A stretch of DNA of 63,950 nucleotides, filler included, from an uncultured Methanospirillum sp. (lineage in GTDB: Archaea > Halobacteriota > Methanomicrobia > Methanomicrobiales > Methanospirillaceae), in NCBI GenBank assembly GCA_964637135.1. It is 6 parts of 6 records of this genome, joined end to end, with 100 filler letters (N's around TTAATTAATTAA, not from the genome) between each part and the next. Parts side by side here need not be neighbours in the genome. Positions count along the whole stretch, not along the records: positions 1 to 14,588 come from CAZWTX010000043.1; positions 14,689 to 28,323 come from CAZWTX010000045.1; 4 more parts are not named here. One strand, written 5' to 3'. This document shows positions 10,767 to 19,553 of this stretch, piece after piece (position 1 is the stretch's first letter; every line of letters begins with the position of its first letter). A program made the position numbers and the translations under genes. The notes under the pieces were generated by a model that was given only the letters and a program-made list of their open reading frames with translations, was not told the origin of the DNA and ran no database searches.

Positions 10767-13700
10767 ATGATCCGGATTCTTCATGTCGAACCAGATCCTG
10801 ATGTGGCACGCCAGGTCCGGTTGCTCCAGGAGGGCCGGGATATATGCACCGTTGATACCGCCCGGTCAGCAAAAGAGGCACTTGATCTTCTCGGATCATA
10901 CGGGTACCAGGTAGTTGTATCAGAATGGGATCTCCCCGATATGGATGGGATGGCTGTCCTCAGGAAAGTCAGAACACAGAGTTTTAACATCCTTTTCATC
11001 TTCTTCACTAAATCCGGGGAAGAGACGGATCGCGATGAGTCCATGAAGGAGGGAGCCGACTTTTTCATCACGAAGAGCAGTGATATCCGCAACCAGGTTT
11101 TTGAACTGAACCAGATTATTCGGTTCTCCCTGTCACGAATCATCTCTGAGGAATCCCTGATCCGGACTGAGGAGAAGTTCCATACCATCGTGGATTACTC
11201 CCACGAATGGATATACTGGATCGATCAGAACGGAACTGTTCTTTATACTACTCCTTCATGTGAGGATGTCACCGGGTATACCCCTGAGGAGTTTTCCCGT
11301 GATCCAAATCTGGTTGATCGGATTATTCACCCGGATGACCAGGACCGCTGGGCCAGGCACCAGGAGATCTGTGGCCCGGACACCGGCCCTATTGCCATGG
11401 AACTGCGATTTATCCACAAGAACGGGGAAGAGAGATGGATCAGCCATGTATGTCACCCGGTTACACACAAGGACCGGTATACCGGAAGACGCATCAGTAA
11501 CCGGGAGATCACCGGGAAGAAACGAACCGAGGAATTCCTGCTCAGAGAACGGGATAACTTCCTGAAAGTATTCCGTGCCGCCCCGGTGGGCCTTCTCCTC
11601 CTGAACCGGGATATCGAGATTGTCCAGGCAAACGAGGCAGTCTCCACCATGGTTCTTCGCGATCCTTCCCATATCATCCACGAGATCGGAGGAGGAGGAC
11701 TTGGCTGTTTACACAGCAGGGAAGATTCCCGGGGTTGCGGTTTTTCATCCTCATGTCCGGTCTGTCCGCTCAGAAACGGAATCGAATCTGTTATCAGAGA
11801 CGGAACACGTTTTTTGGGAGAGATTATGCCCTTTACCCTTCTAATCGAGGGAAAACCGGTACTTCGGTGGTTTACCGTCAGTGCCGAACCGGTTGAAATC
11901 GGAGGGGATGAATACATCATTGTTGCCATTGATGACATCACTCCTCAGTATGAGACCGAGATCGCACTCAGGGAGAGCGAAGAGAAGTTTCGTGCTCTCG
12001 CCGCGTCGACAACGGCAGGGATCCTCCTCTACATGAATGACCAGTGGACCTATGCAAATCCGGCTGCTGAGGCAATCACTGGGTACTCACAGGAAGAACT
12101 CCTTTCAATGCAGTTCTGGGATCTTCTTCTTCCCGAGTACCAGGACAGACTCATTGCTCTTGGAAAAGCACGCCAGAAGGGTGAAACAGTGCCTTCCTGC
12201 CATATTGAGGTCAGGATCAAACGAAAAGACGGGGAAGAAAGATGGATAGACCTTGTCGGCAGTTCCATCACGGTCGGGGGAAAACATGCCGGCCTGATCA
12301 CCGGGATCGATATTACAACGCGGAAACAGGCAGAAGAGAACCTTGCTGATAGTGAGGCAAAATTTCGATCAATCTTCGAGAATTATATTGATCTCTTCTT
12401 CCAGACCGGAATGGACGGAATCATCATCATGCTCTCCCCTTCCTGCAAACGGCTTACCGGCTGGGAGGTTGATGAGTTGATCGGCAACCCGGCCCTCATG
12501 CTATACCCGGTCCCGGGCGACCGGGATCTCCTCATCGAACACCTTCTCAGGGACGGGTTCGTGAACGATTTTAAGACGCAGATGACCAACCGGTCAGGCA
12601 TTCCCGTGCCGGTGTCCATGAACTGCCATCTTATCAGGGACGAATCCGGCACTCCGGTCATGATCGAGGGAACGATCCGGGATATATCAGAACGCAAGCG
12701 GATTGAGGATGCCCTCCGGCGTAGTGAAGAGCATTACCGGTCCCTTTTTGAAAACATGCTCGAAGGATTTGCATACTGCCGGATGGAGTATGATGAATCA
12801 GGCACCCCGGTTGACTGGGTATACCTGGAGGTGAACGACGCGTTCATGCAGATTACCGGTCTGTCAGATATCGCCGGAAAACGGGTAAGCGCAGCAATTC
12901 CCGCCATCCGTGAAGAAACCCCCGAACTCTTCGGAATATATGACCGGGTTGTGAAATCAGGTATCCCAGAAACATTTGAGATCAACTTCACCCCGACCAG
13001 AACATGGATGAAAGTTTCGGTGTACCGGCCAGAGGTGGGTCATTTCGTTGCCGTATTCGAGGACATTACCCGGCGTAAAAAGGCAGAAGCAAGTCTTGAG
13101 AAGATCGTTGCTGAACTACAGACCATCCTCGAAAATGTACAGGCGATGATCTGGTACAAGGATACAGAGAACCGGTTTATCAAGGTCAATCCGGCGGCTG
13201 CGGCCGTCTTCGGTCGTCCGGCTGCCGAGATCGAGGGTAAGACCTTTGCAGAACTCTTTCCCGGGCGCAGGGACCGGTATTATGACGACGATATTGCGGT
13301 TATCAACGGAAAAGTCCCCCGCGTAGGGATAATAGAGCCCCTCATCACAGCAGAGGGGGAGCACCTCTGGGTCCAGACCGACAAGATCCCGCTCCTCGTG
13401 GATGGCGGAACAGTCATCGGGATCCTCGTGGTCTGCACGGATGTCACCGAGCGGAAGATGGCGAAAGATGCGATCACCCTTGCCAACAAGAAACTCAACC
13501 TGATGTCCAGCATCACACGGCATGACATTGCCAACCAACTCCAGGGATTATTCTTCTCCCTGTATATGGCAGCCGTGCAGTTCCCTGAACCGGCATCACG
13601 GGAGGAGATTGCAAAGGCGGACACGTATGCCCATAACATCGAGCGTCAGATCTCCTTCACCCGTGACTATCAGGATATCGGGGTGAATACCCCGGTCTGG

Positions 13701-14153
13701 CAAAGGGTGGAGGATGTGATACGGCATGCAGCTCTTCTCCAGGATCTCGGGAGAATCCATATCGATATCGATCTTCCCGGGCTGTTCATTTATGCCGATC
13801 CCCTTCTCGGACGGGTATTTTATAACCTGATCGATAATGCGAAACGATACGGAGAGAAGATCACCATGATCCGGTTTAGCGGAGAGGGGCAAGCGGATAG
13901 GTACACCATTATCTGTGCTGATGACGGGGTGGGAATTCCGACAGAGTTCAAGAAGAAGATCTTCAACCGGGAGTACTTCAAACATACCGGATTCGGGCTC
14001 AATCTCTCCCGCGAAATCCTCGAGATAACCGGGATAACCATAACTGAGACCGGCGATACGGGAACGGGGGCGAGATTTGAGATATCAGTCCCAAATGACG
14101 GATGGCGGATCGAACGTTCCAAACCAGGAGAACAGGATCAACAGGTTTCGTGA
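10767..14153 (+). CDS. Hybrid multi-PAS sensor histidine kinase with N-terminal receiver
   Basis: MIRILHVE receiver, ~6 PAS/PAC units, H-box SITRHDIANQL, NLIDNA, DDGVG, GFGL. Confidence 0.93.
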   Translation: MIRILHVEPDPDVARQVRLLQEGRDICTVDTARSAKEALDLLGSYGYQVVVSEWDLPDMDGMAVLRKVRTQSFNILFIFFTKSGEETDRDESMKEGADFFITKSSDIRNQVFELNQIIRFSLSRIISEESLIRTEEKFHTIVDYSHEWIYWIDQNGTVLYTTPSCEDVTGYTPEEFSRDPNLVDRIIHPDDQDRWARHQEICGPDTGPIAMELRFIHKNGEERWISHVCHPVTHKDRYTGRRISNREITGKKRTEEFLLRERDNFLKVFRAAPVGLLLLNRDIEIVQANEAVSTMVLRDPSHIIHEIGGGGLGCLHSREDSRGCGFSSSCPVCPLRNGIESVIRDGTRFLGEIMPFTLLIEGKPVLRWFTVSAEPVEIGGDEYIIVAIDDITPQYETEIALRESEEKFRALAASTTAGILLYMNDQWTYANPAAEAITGYSQEELLSMQFWDLLLPEYQDRLIALGKARQKGETVPSCHIEVRIKRKDGEERWIDLVGSSITVGGKHAGLITGIDITTRKQAEENLADSEAKFRSIFENYIDLFFQTGMDGIIIMLSPSCKRLTGWEVDELIGNPALMLYPVPGDRDLLIEHLLRDGFVNDFKTQMTNRSGIPVPVSMNCHLIRDESGTPVMIEGTIRDISERKRIEDALRRSEEHYRSLFENMLEGFAYCRMEYDESGTPVDWVYLEVNDAFMQITGLSDIAGKRVSAAIPAIREETPELFGIYDRVVKSGIPETFEINFTPTRTWMKVSVYRPEVGHFVAVFEDITRRKKAEASLEKIVAELQTILENVQAMIWYKDTENRFIKVNPAAAAVFGRPAAEIEGKTFAELFPGRRDRYYDDDIAVINGKVPRVGIIEPLITAEGEHLWVQTDKIPLLVDGGTVIGILVVCTDVTERKMAKDAITLANKKLNLMSSITRHDIANQLQGLFFSLYMAAVQFPEPASREEIAKADTYAHNIERQISFTRDYQDIGVNTPVWQRVEDVIRHAALLQDLGRIHIDIDLPGLFIYADPLLGRVFYNLIDNAKRYGEKITMIRFSGEGQADRYTIICADDGVGIPTEFKKKIFNREYFKHTGFGLNLSREILEITGITITETGDTGTGARFEISVPNDGWRIERSKPGEQDQQVS

Positions 14154-14182
14154 TATCCAGCAAATACACCCGTTTCGCATCA

Positions 14183-14588
14183 TCAGGTGGCAACCGGCCG
14201 GATCAGCCTGAGGGAGACCTCGGAACCCTTGTGTAACGGTCCGGATCCATCTTTTACATGAAGGATTCCGTCAGCCCGTACACCTGACATATGTCCAAAT
14301 GTCCGGGGGACTGGGGATATCAGCGTTTTTCCACCATATAATGATGTCTCCATCATGAGGAAGAGATCGAAACCAGGAAACCCCTCGATTGTCTCGGTGA
14401 GTTCACCCTGTATACTGATATCCCGGGGAACAGGCAGGCTCCATGACCGGAGCAGGGGTTGAATCAGTTCATAGAGTACAATCAGGGATCCGATCGCCGG
14501 GCCGGGCATCCCGAATACCGGTTTCCCGCTCACCCATGCAAGAGAAACAGGTTTTCCAGGGGCCATACCGACACCGTGGAAGAGGAGA
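14183..14588 (-). CDS. moeA: Molybdopterin molybdenumtransferase MoeA-like, C-terminal part (cut by contig end)
   Basis: VAMxPGKP-like segment, GKPVFGMPGP, ADGIL; open up to the linker. Confidence 0.75.
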
Positions 14589-14688
14589 NNNNNNNNNNNN
14601 NNNNNNNNNNNNNNNNNNNNNNNNNNNNNNNNTTAATTAATTAANNNNNNNNNNNNNNNNNNNNNNNNNNNNNNNNNNNNNNNNNNNN
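14589..14688. other. Artificial contig-joining linker
   Basis: N44-TTAATTAATTAA-N44 with stops in all six frames. Confidence 0.98.
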
Positions 14689-15341
14689 TCGGGTACCTGG
14701 CGATCCTGAACGTGCTGCTCTTCGCGTTCAACCTCCTTCCGGCTTTTCCGATGGATGGCGGGAGGGTGCTGCGGGCGTACCTCGCCTCACGGATGCCGCT
14801 CCACCGGGCAACCGGTATCGCTTCCACCATAGGGAAAGGATTCGCCGTGGTCTTTGGCCTCCTTGGAATCATCATCTTCTCCCCACTGCTCATCCTCATC
14901 GCGTTCTTTATCTATATCGGGGCCGGGCAGGAATCCACGGTGATCCATTACAACTTTCTCCTCCGCGATGTCATGGTCGGGGACATCATGTCCCGGCCGG
15001 TGACGGCGATCCCCCAGACGATGCCGGTCCCTGAGATCATCAGCCTCATGTACCGGACAAAACACCTCGGATTCCCGGTGGTCGACCGGTCGACCCTGAT
15101 CGGGATCGTCACCCTTACCGATCTCTCCCGTACGAACGCCATCGACCGGGATGCCCTGCAGGCACGGGATATCATGACCCGCGACGTGATCACCCTCCCG
15201 CCGGGATCCCCGGTCATGGATGCACTCAGGATCATGACCAGCCAGGACATCGGCCGGATCCCCATCGTTCAGAACGGGGAAATCCTCGGCATCATCTCTA
15301 AAACAGACATCTTCAAGGTGATGGAACTTCGGGAGATGTGA
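14689..15341 (+). CDS. Site-2 protease (M50) with tandem CBS domains, 5'-truncated
   Basis: FNLLPAFPMDGGRVLRA motif followed by two CBS domains. Confidence 0.93.
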
Positions 15342-16983
15342 GGGAGAGGGAGAAGGCATCCGCCGGAAGGCTCGTTCCCGAGATGCGAAGAAACGTCTTC
15401 ATATCAGTGAAGGGCCGCTTTGCGAGCACCTGAACCGCCCCTTTCTTCGATAAACCAGGTATCCACTTCACGCTCTTCGCAGGGAGAAGATTAACCGGTA
15501 CCGGGTAGGGAAGACCGGTAACCGACCGCATCCCGTGATCCACGATGACGATGTCGGTGACCATCCCCACCGGAAGGGGAACGGGAATGCCGGCGAGGAT
15601 CGGGTAGGAACCAAGCTGACGGCCGAATGAGAGATCGCCGGTCTGTTCCACGACGACATCCCTGAGCACGGTTCCCACCGGGAAGACCTTCCTGAGCATC
15701 GGGAGGTCGATGGTTTTCCGGGCCCATTCCTTGAACGACGCGAACTCACGGCTTACCGGGAGGGTGTTTTCGTCCCAGGCACGGGTTCCCTGAAAAGGCA
15801 TCAGCTGCCTGATATTGATCCTCCTGACGAGATACCCGCTGGCGAGTACATCTGTAAGGAACTCCCGGTTGAGGCGGTACGTTTCTTTCGTCTCTCCTGC
15901 CAGTCCGCCGATAAAGTTCAGGCCGGGAAGGAGGTCGGGGACTCCGGCCCGGCGACCTGCTCCCACTTCGTTGACGATCCGGATGGCGTCCATGACCATC
16001 TCAGGAGAGGCTTTCAGATTGCTTGCCGCAATCACGGCTGGATCGGCGGTCTCCATGCCGAAGGCGGCCACGTCACCGGGGGTATGGCCCTCCACGATGA
16101 CCACGAGCGCCTCGGCCGCGGCCTCCGGGTGACAGGCGATGGTTCCCGGATTGATGTTGTCGATATGGAGGGTTTTGAGATCAGGCGCTGCCGTCCGTAC
16201 CAGGGTGAAGAGCTCCCGGAGGGCCTCCGGGTCAGGCCGGGGGTATTCGCCTCCCCCGGCCCGGTATGCAAGGAGATCAGGCTGACGGCCGAGCCGGAAA
16301 TGCCGGGCACCGGCCGTATAGAGGGCAAAAACCTCGTCCCGGACGGAGACCTGATCGCGGTGCACCGGCTCTCCGTACAACGGTTCGGTGCAGAATGAAC
16401 ATCCCCCTGATACCGACCTCGCACATCCGCGGGCGGTCTCCAGTTCGCAGATGACCTGCGGGAACCGGGGATGGTCCCGGATCACCGAAGCCCCGCTGAC
16501 CGCCCAGCCGTTCTCACGGGAATACGAAAAATCACCGGAGGGATCCCCCCCGAGAAGGACCGAGTCAAGGGCAGCGGCCGGCGAACCGGTAAGGAGGTGA
16601 TCAAACCCTGACTCACGGAGATATTCAGCCGGCCGGCCTCCCTGGCCGGAAAACCCGAACTGGACCGGTCCGCCCAGACCGGTCACCGGACCGGTAAGGG
16701 CATCTCCGATCTGGCGGATCTCCCGCTGATCTGCCGGGGTTCCGCCGAGATACTTGCCGGGAACGGTTACCCCGGCGATCATCACCACCCATGCCGCCTG
16801 GTTCATGGCCGGGATCAGCCGGGGATCTGACCTGACTTCGTCAATCGTCACGTACCTGACGGAAAAATCATGATCCCTGAAAACACCGGCAATAGTCCGG
16901 ATATACGGGGAGATATAGGGAGGAACCCCGAGACAGGCGGGTTCATCCACGTACCCGTCAAGGATCCAGGCTTCAGCAGTCAT
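15313..16983 (-). CDS. Archaeal radical SAM protein (COG1031-like) with C-terminal TRAM-like/HhH region
   Basis: ILDGYVDEPACLGVPPYISPY, ETARGC-x6-GCSFC, GRQLGSYPIL. Confidence 0.85.
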   Translation of the reverse strand: MTAEAWILDGYVDEPACLGVPPYISPYIRTIAGVFRDHDFSVRYVTIDEVRSDPRLIPAMNQAAWVVMIAGVTVPGKYLGGTPADQREIRQIGDALTGPVTGLGGPVQFGFSGQGGRPAEYLRESGFDHLLTGSPAAALDSVLLGGDPSGDFSYSRENGWAVSGASVIRDHPRFPQVICELETARGCARSVSGGCSFCTEPLYGEPVHRDQVSVRDEVFALYTAGARHFRLGRQPDLLAYRAGGGEYPRPDPEALRELFTLVRTAAPDLKTLHIDNINPGTIACHPEAAAEALVVIVEGHTPGDVAAFGMETADPAVIAASNLKASPEMVMDAIRIVNEVGAGRRAGVPDLLPGLNFIGGLAGETKETYRLNREFLTDVLASGYLVRRINIRQLMPFQGTRAWDENTLPVSREFASFKEWARKTIDLPMLRKVFPVGTVLRDVVVEQTGDLSFGRQLGSYPILAGIPVPLPVGMVTDIVIVDHGMRSVTGLPYPVPVNLLPAKSVKWIPGLSKKGAVQVLAKRPFTDMKTFLRISGTSLPADAFSLSLTSPEVPSP

Positions 16984-17593
16984 ACCCGGCGAGGGCAAGA
17001 AGACGGCGTGCCCAGATCAGTTTTCCTTTTTTCATCGGGGTGACTTCAGGATCGTCGAGATCAAATCCTACAAGACGAACCGGTTTTGCCCCGCAGGTAA
17101 GCGCCATGAATACCGCACGGTCGCCATCGGTGAATCCCCCGTCATTATGGAGCCGGCCAAAGGGCTTTCCCTGGGTGGTGCAGACAACCGGGCCAGCAAA
17201 CCAGGGCACCCAGGACTTAAGCCGGCAGATATTATCCCCGTGTGCATGGACCACCATGATCGTTCCACGGAGATTGAGCGCCACCGCGTACTCGTCGATC
17301 CCGTCAAGATCGGTGACGATCACCGCCGGTTCAATTCCCTTCCGGATCAGAACACCGGCCGCGGCATCGGCAGCGATAACAACGCCTGAAATGGTATTGA
17401 GTTCATCCACGAGACAGGGGGCATTCCCGCAGACCGTGACCTCCCTGCCGCTGAGCAGAGAACAGAGCTCAGGATATGCATCCCGGCCGGTCAGTTCCTC
17501 AAGGATGCGGGCGGCCCGCTCGTCTTCACCGGGATCGAACGAGAAGTACTCGCAGATCTCCCGGTATAACGGCTCCCACTCCTCAAACTTCAT
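16973..17593 (-). CDS. mptE: 6-hydroxymethyl-7,8-dihydropterin pyrophosphokinase
   Basis: W.P.Y..I start, IAADAA, IVTDLDG, VHAHGDN, GGFTDGDRA, KKGKL.WA. Confidence 0.9.
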   Translation of the reverse strand: MKFEEWEPLYREICEYFSFDPGEDERAARILEELTGRDAYPELCSLLSGREVTVCGNAPCLVDELNTISGVVIAADAAAGVLIRKGIEPAVIVTDLDGIDEYAVALNLRGTIMVVHAHGDNICRLKSWVPWFAGPVVCTTQGKPFGRLHNDGGFTDGDRAVFMALTCGAKPVRLVGFDLDDPEVTPMKKGKLIWARRLLALAGYDC

Positions 17594-19046
17594 CCGATTC
17601 GTCCTCGAGAAGTCCGACGAGGCGTGAAAAGTTCTGGAGGATCGGGTCGATCACGAGATCCAGCAGTTCTTCCTTGTCCCTGACAAACGAGAACACATGC
17701 AGCGGAATGCTCGCCGCTGCCATGGTTGCATGGCCACCGGCATCGCCGAGTTCACCGAACGCATCGTTCATGACATTCCCGAGATTCAGTCTGAGATCCC
17801 GGTTTCTCCCTGACATGATGATGGCATCCTCGGTTATCCCGTACACGAGTGCCGTACTGATCCCCTCAAGGTTGATGAGGAGATCTGCCGCCTGGGGAAG
17901 GGCATCGCGGTTCCGGATATACCCGACGTTTGAGAAGAGGTACCCGTTCTTTGTCTTCCGGTTCCGGATGGCATTCCCGATCACGTCAACGGTCTCGTGG
18001 GCATACTGCGGGGACATGATCTTTTCAAGGAGATCCAGGTCGCTGAACTGGAGGAGAAAGGCTGCATACAGGAAATCATCAGGGGTTACATTCCTGCGGA
18101 ACTGTTTGGTATCTGCCCGGATACCGTATAGAAGAGCGGTAGCAACATTCTGATCAGGTTCTATCGAGAGTTCCTTGAGATATTCGGTCAGGATCGTTGC
18201 ACAGGCACCGGCATTCTGCCTGATATCGGTAAAGGTTGCCGGAACAATCTCCTGGACAGACTCGTTATGGTGATCGATGATGATATCGACGGCCATCTGA
18301 TGCACCAGTCCGTTATTGATACCCGGTCCCGTGCTGTCCACCACGGCCACATGCTGGCATAACGCAAGTGCGTCAGGCCGAATCTTCTCCATCCTGATGT
18401 CAAGAAGGTTTACGAGGGTCCGGTTCTCCTGGTGACCGATGATCCCGTCGTAAAAAATCTGGGTATTGAGTGCGGGATTTGCCTTTCGGGCGATGGTCGC
18501 AAGGGCCATGGCACTGGAGATTGCATCAGGATCCGGATTCGTGTGGGTGATAATCGCCAGGGTTCCGGTCATGGATGCAAGCAGGTCATAAAGTTCCTGA
18601 GAGATATGACGACGTTCGAACTTTTTCAGGTGGTCTATGGCAGTCCGGGCAACGACCTGTTGCGGATAGAGGACGAGATCGGCCCCGTCCTCAATCAATG
18701 TCTGTTCACTGATGGGATCGGCTGCGCGGGCAACGATATACATGTGCGGGAACCGGCTCCGGATCGTCCTGACACCCTGGCTGTTTGCTTCATCGCGATC
18801 ACTGACAACAAACGCAATATCAAAGGGAGGGATCCCGTCAAGCATATCTGGATTGCTCAGATCCCGAAGAAATGTCTCGTATTTCTGTTCCCGGAGTTCC
18901 TGGACCCGTTCCGGGTTATTATCCATGCAGAGAAGCTGCCCGGCCTCTTTCTTCAGTTCTTCCAGGATGAGGTACCCCACACTTCCACACCCACAGATCA
19001 GATATTTCCTCGGCCCTGAAACTTCGGAAAGGCGATAATCCCGCAT
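17583..19046 (-). CDS. TrkA-N (RCK) plus DHH/DHHA1 phosphoesterase
   Basis: GCGSVG, HTNPDPDA, IIDHH, GIRADT, AGGH. Confidence 0.9.
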   Translation of the reverse strand: MRDYRLSEVSGPRKYLICGCGSVGYLILEELKKEAGQLLCMDNNPERVQELREQKYETFLRDLSNPDMLDGIPPFDIAFVVSDRDEANSQGVRTIRSRFPHMYIVARAADPISEQTLIEDGADLVLYPQQVVARTAIDHLKKFERRHISQELYDLLASMTGTLAIITHTNPDPDAISSAMALATIARKANPALNTQIFYDGIIGHQENRTLVNLLDIRMEKIRPDALALCQHVAVVDSTGPGINNGLVHQMAVDIIIDHHNESVQEIVPATFTDIRQNAGACATILTEYLKELSIEPDQNVATALLYGIRADTKQFRRNVTPDDFLYAAFLLQFSDLDLLEKIMSPQYAHETVDVIGNAIRNRKTKNGYLFSNVGYIRNRDALPQAADLLINLEGISTALVYGITEDAIIMSGRNRDLRLNLGNVMNDAFGELGDAGGHATMAAASIPLHVFSFVRDKEELLDLVIDPILQNFSRLVGLLEDESDEV

Positions 19047-19096
19047 AGGTTACTTAGTAGGTTGGATTGTGTACTGATAAAGACGGCCGCGAAATG

Positions 19097-19104
19097 TTTA
19101 AATT
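19097..19104 (+). promoter_or_regulatory. TATA box of the tRNA-Lys gene
   Basis: TTTAAATT preceded by BRE-like GCGAAA, ~30 bp upstream of the tRNA. Confidence 0.6.
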
Positions 19105-19133
19105 AATTTCCTGTTAATATGTTATGGCACAAC

Positions 19134-19206
19134 GGGTCTGTAGCTTAGTCGGTAGAGCGGCGGACTCTTAATCCGCAGGCCAGGGGTTCGAGTCCCTTCA
19201 GGCCCG
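19134..19206 (+). tRNA. trnK: tRNA-Lys(CTT), no intron, CCA not encoded
   Basis: Acceptor GGGTCTG/CAGGCCC, anticodon arm GCGGA-CTCTTAA-TCCGC, T-loop GGTTCGAGTCC. Confidence 0.96.
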
Positions 19207-19219
19207 CTACCGTTGTTAA

Positions 19220-19228
19220 TTTTTTTTT
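19220..19228 (+). terminator. Oligo-T terminator after the tRNA
   Basis: T9 run 14 nt downstream of the tRNA. Confidence 0.65.
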
Positions 19229-19305
19229 GCGCGGAAATCCTGCCGCGGCATTTCTTATCAGTCATGACACCAGTATTTATCATCCCGGAATGCGACTGAA
19301 AAAAG

Positions 19306-19497
19306 ATGACAGATACAAAAACCGAATATGAGAAGGTTACCTGTCAGCACTGTGAAGGGGCAGGGTGTTGTTTCTGTAACACGACCGGCGTTGTTGAAGT
19401 CAGGAAACCGGCCCAGAAATGCAGGCATTGCGAGGGAGTCGGATGCCTGTACTGCGGATATACCGGGTGGAATAATCCCCGGGGAAAATATGAATAG
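19306..19497 (+). CDS. Small Cys-rich zinc-finger protein (DnaJ-like CxxCxGxG repeats)
   Basis: CQHCEGAGCCFCNTTG and CRHCEGVGCLYCGYTG in 63 aa. Confidence 0.75.
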   Translation: MTDTKTEYEKVTCQHCEGAGCCFCNTTGVVEVRKPAQKCRHCEGVGCLYCGYTGWNNPRGKYE

Positions 19498-19553
19498 AAT
19501 CCTATATTCCTGATGCAGGATATCAATTAGTATAGAACGGTGGGGGGTAACAT

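Noticed and set aside
14589..14688. Recurrent TTAATTAATTAA palindrome flanked by Ns (five copies)
   Set aside because: Artificial concatenation linker; ORFs containing X and adjacencies across it are artefacts
19134..19206. tRNA-Lys as an integration site
   Set aside because: No integrase and no duplicated tRNA 3' end seen; the flanks are housekeeping-like
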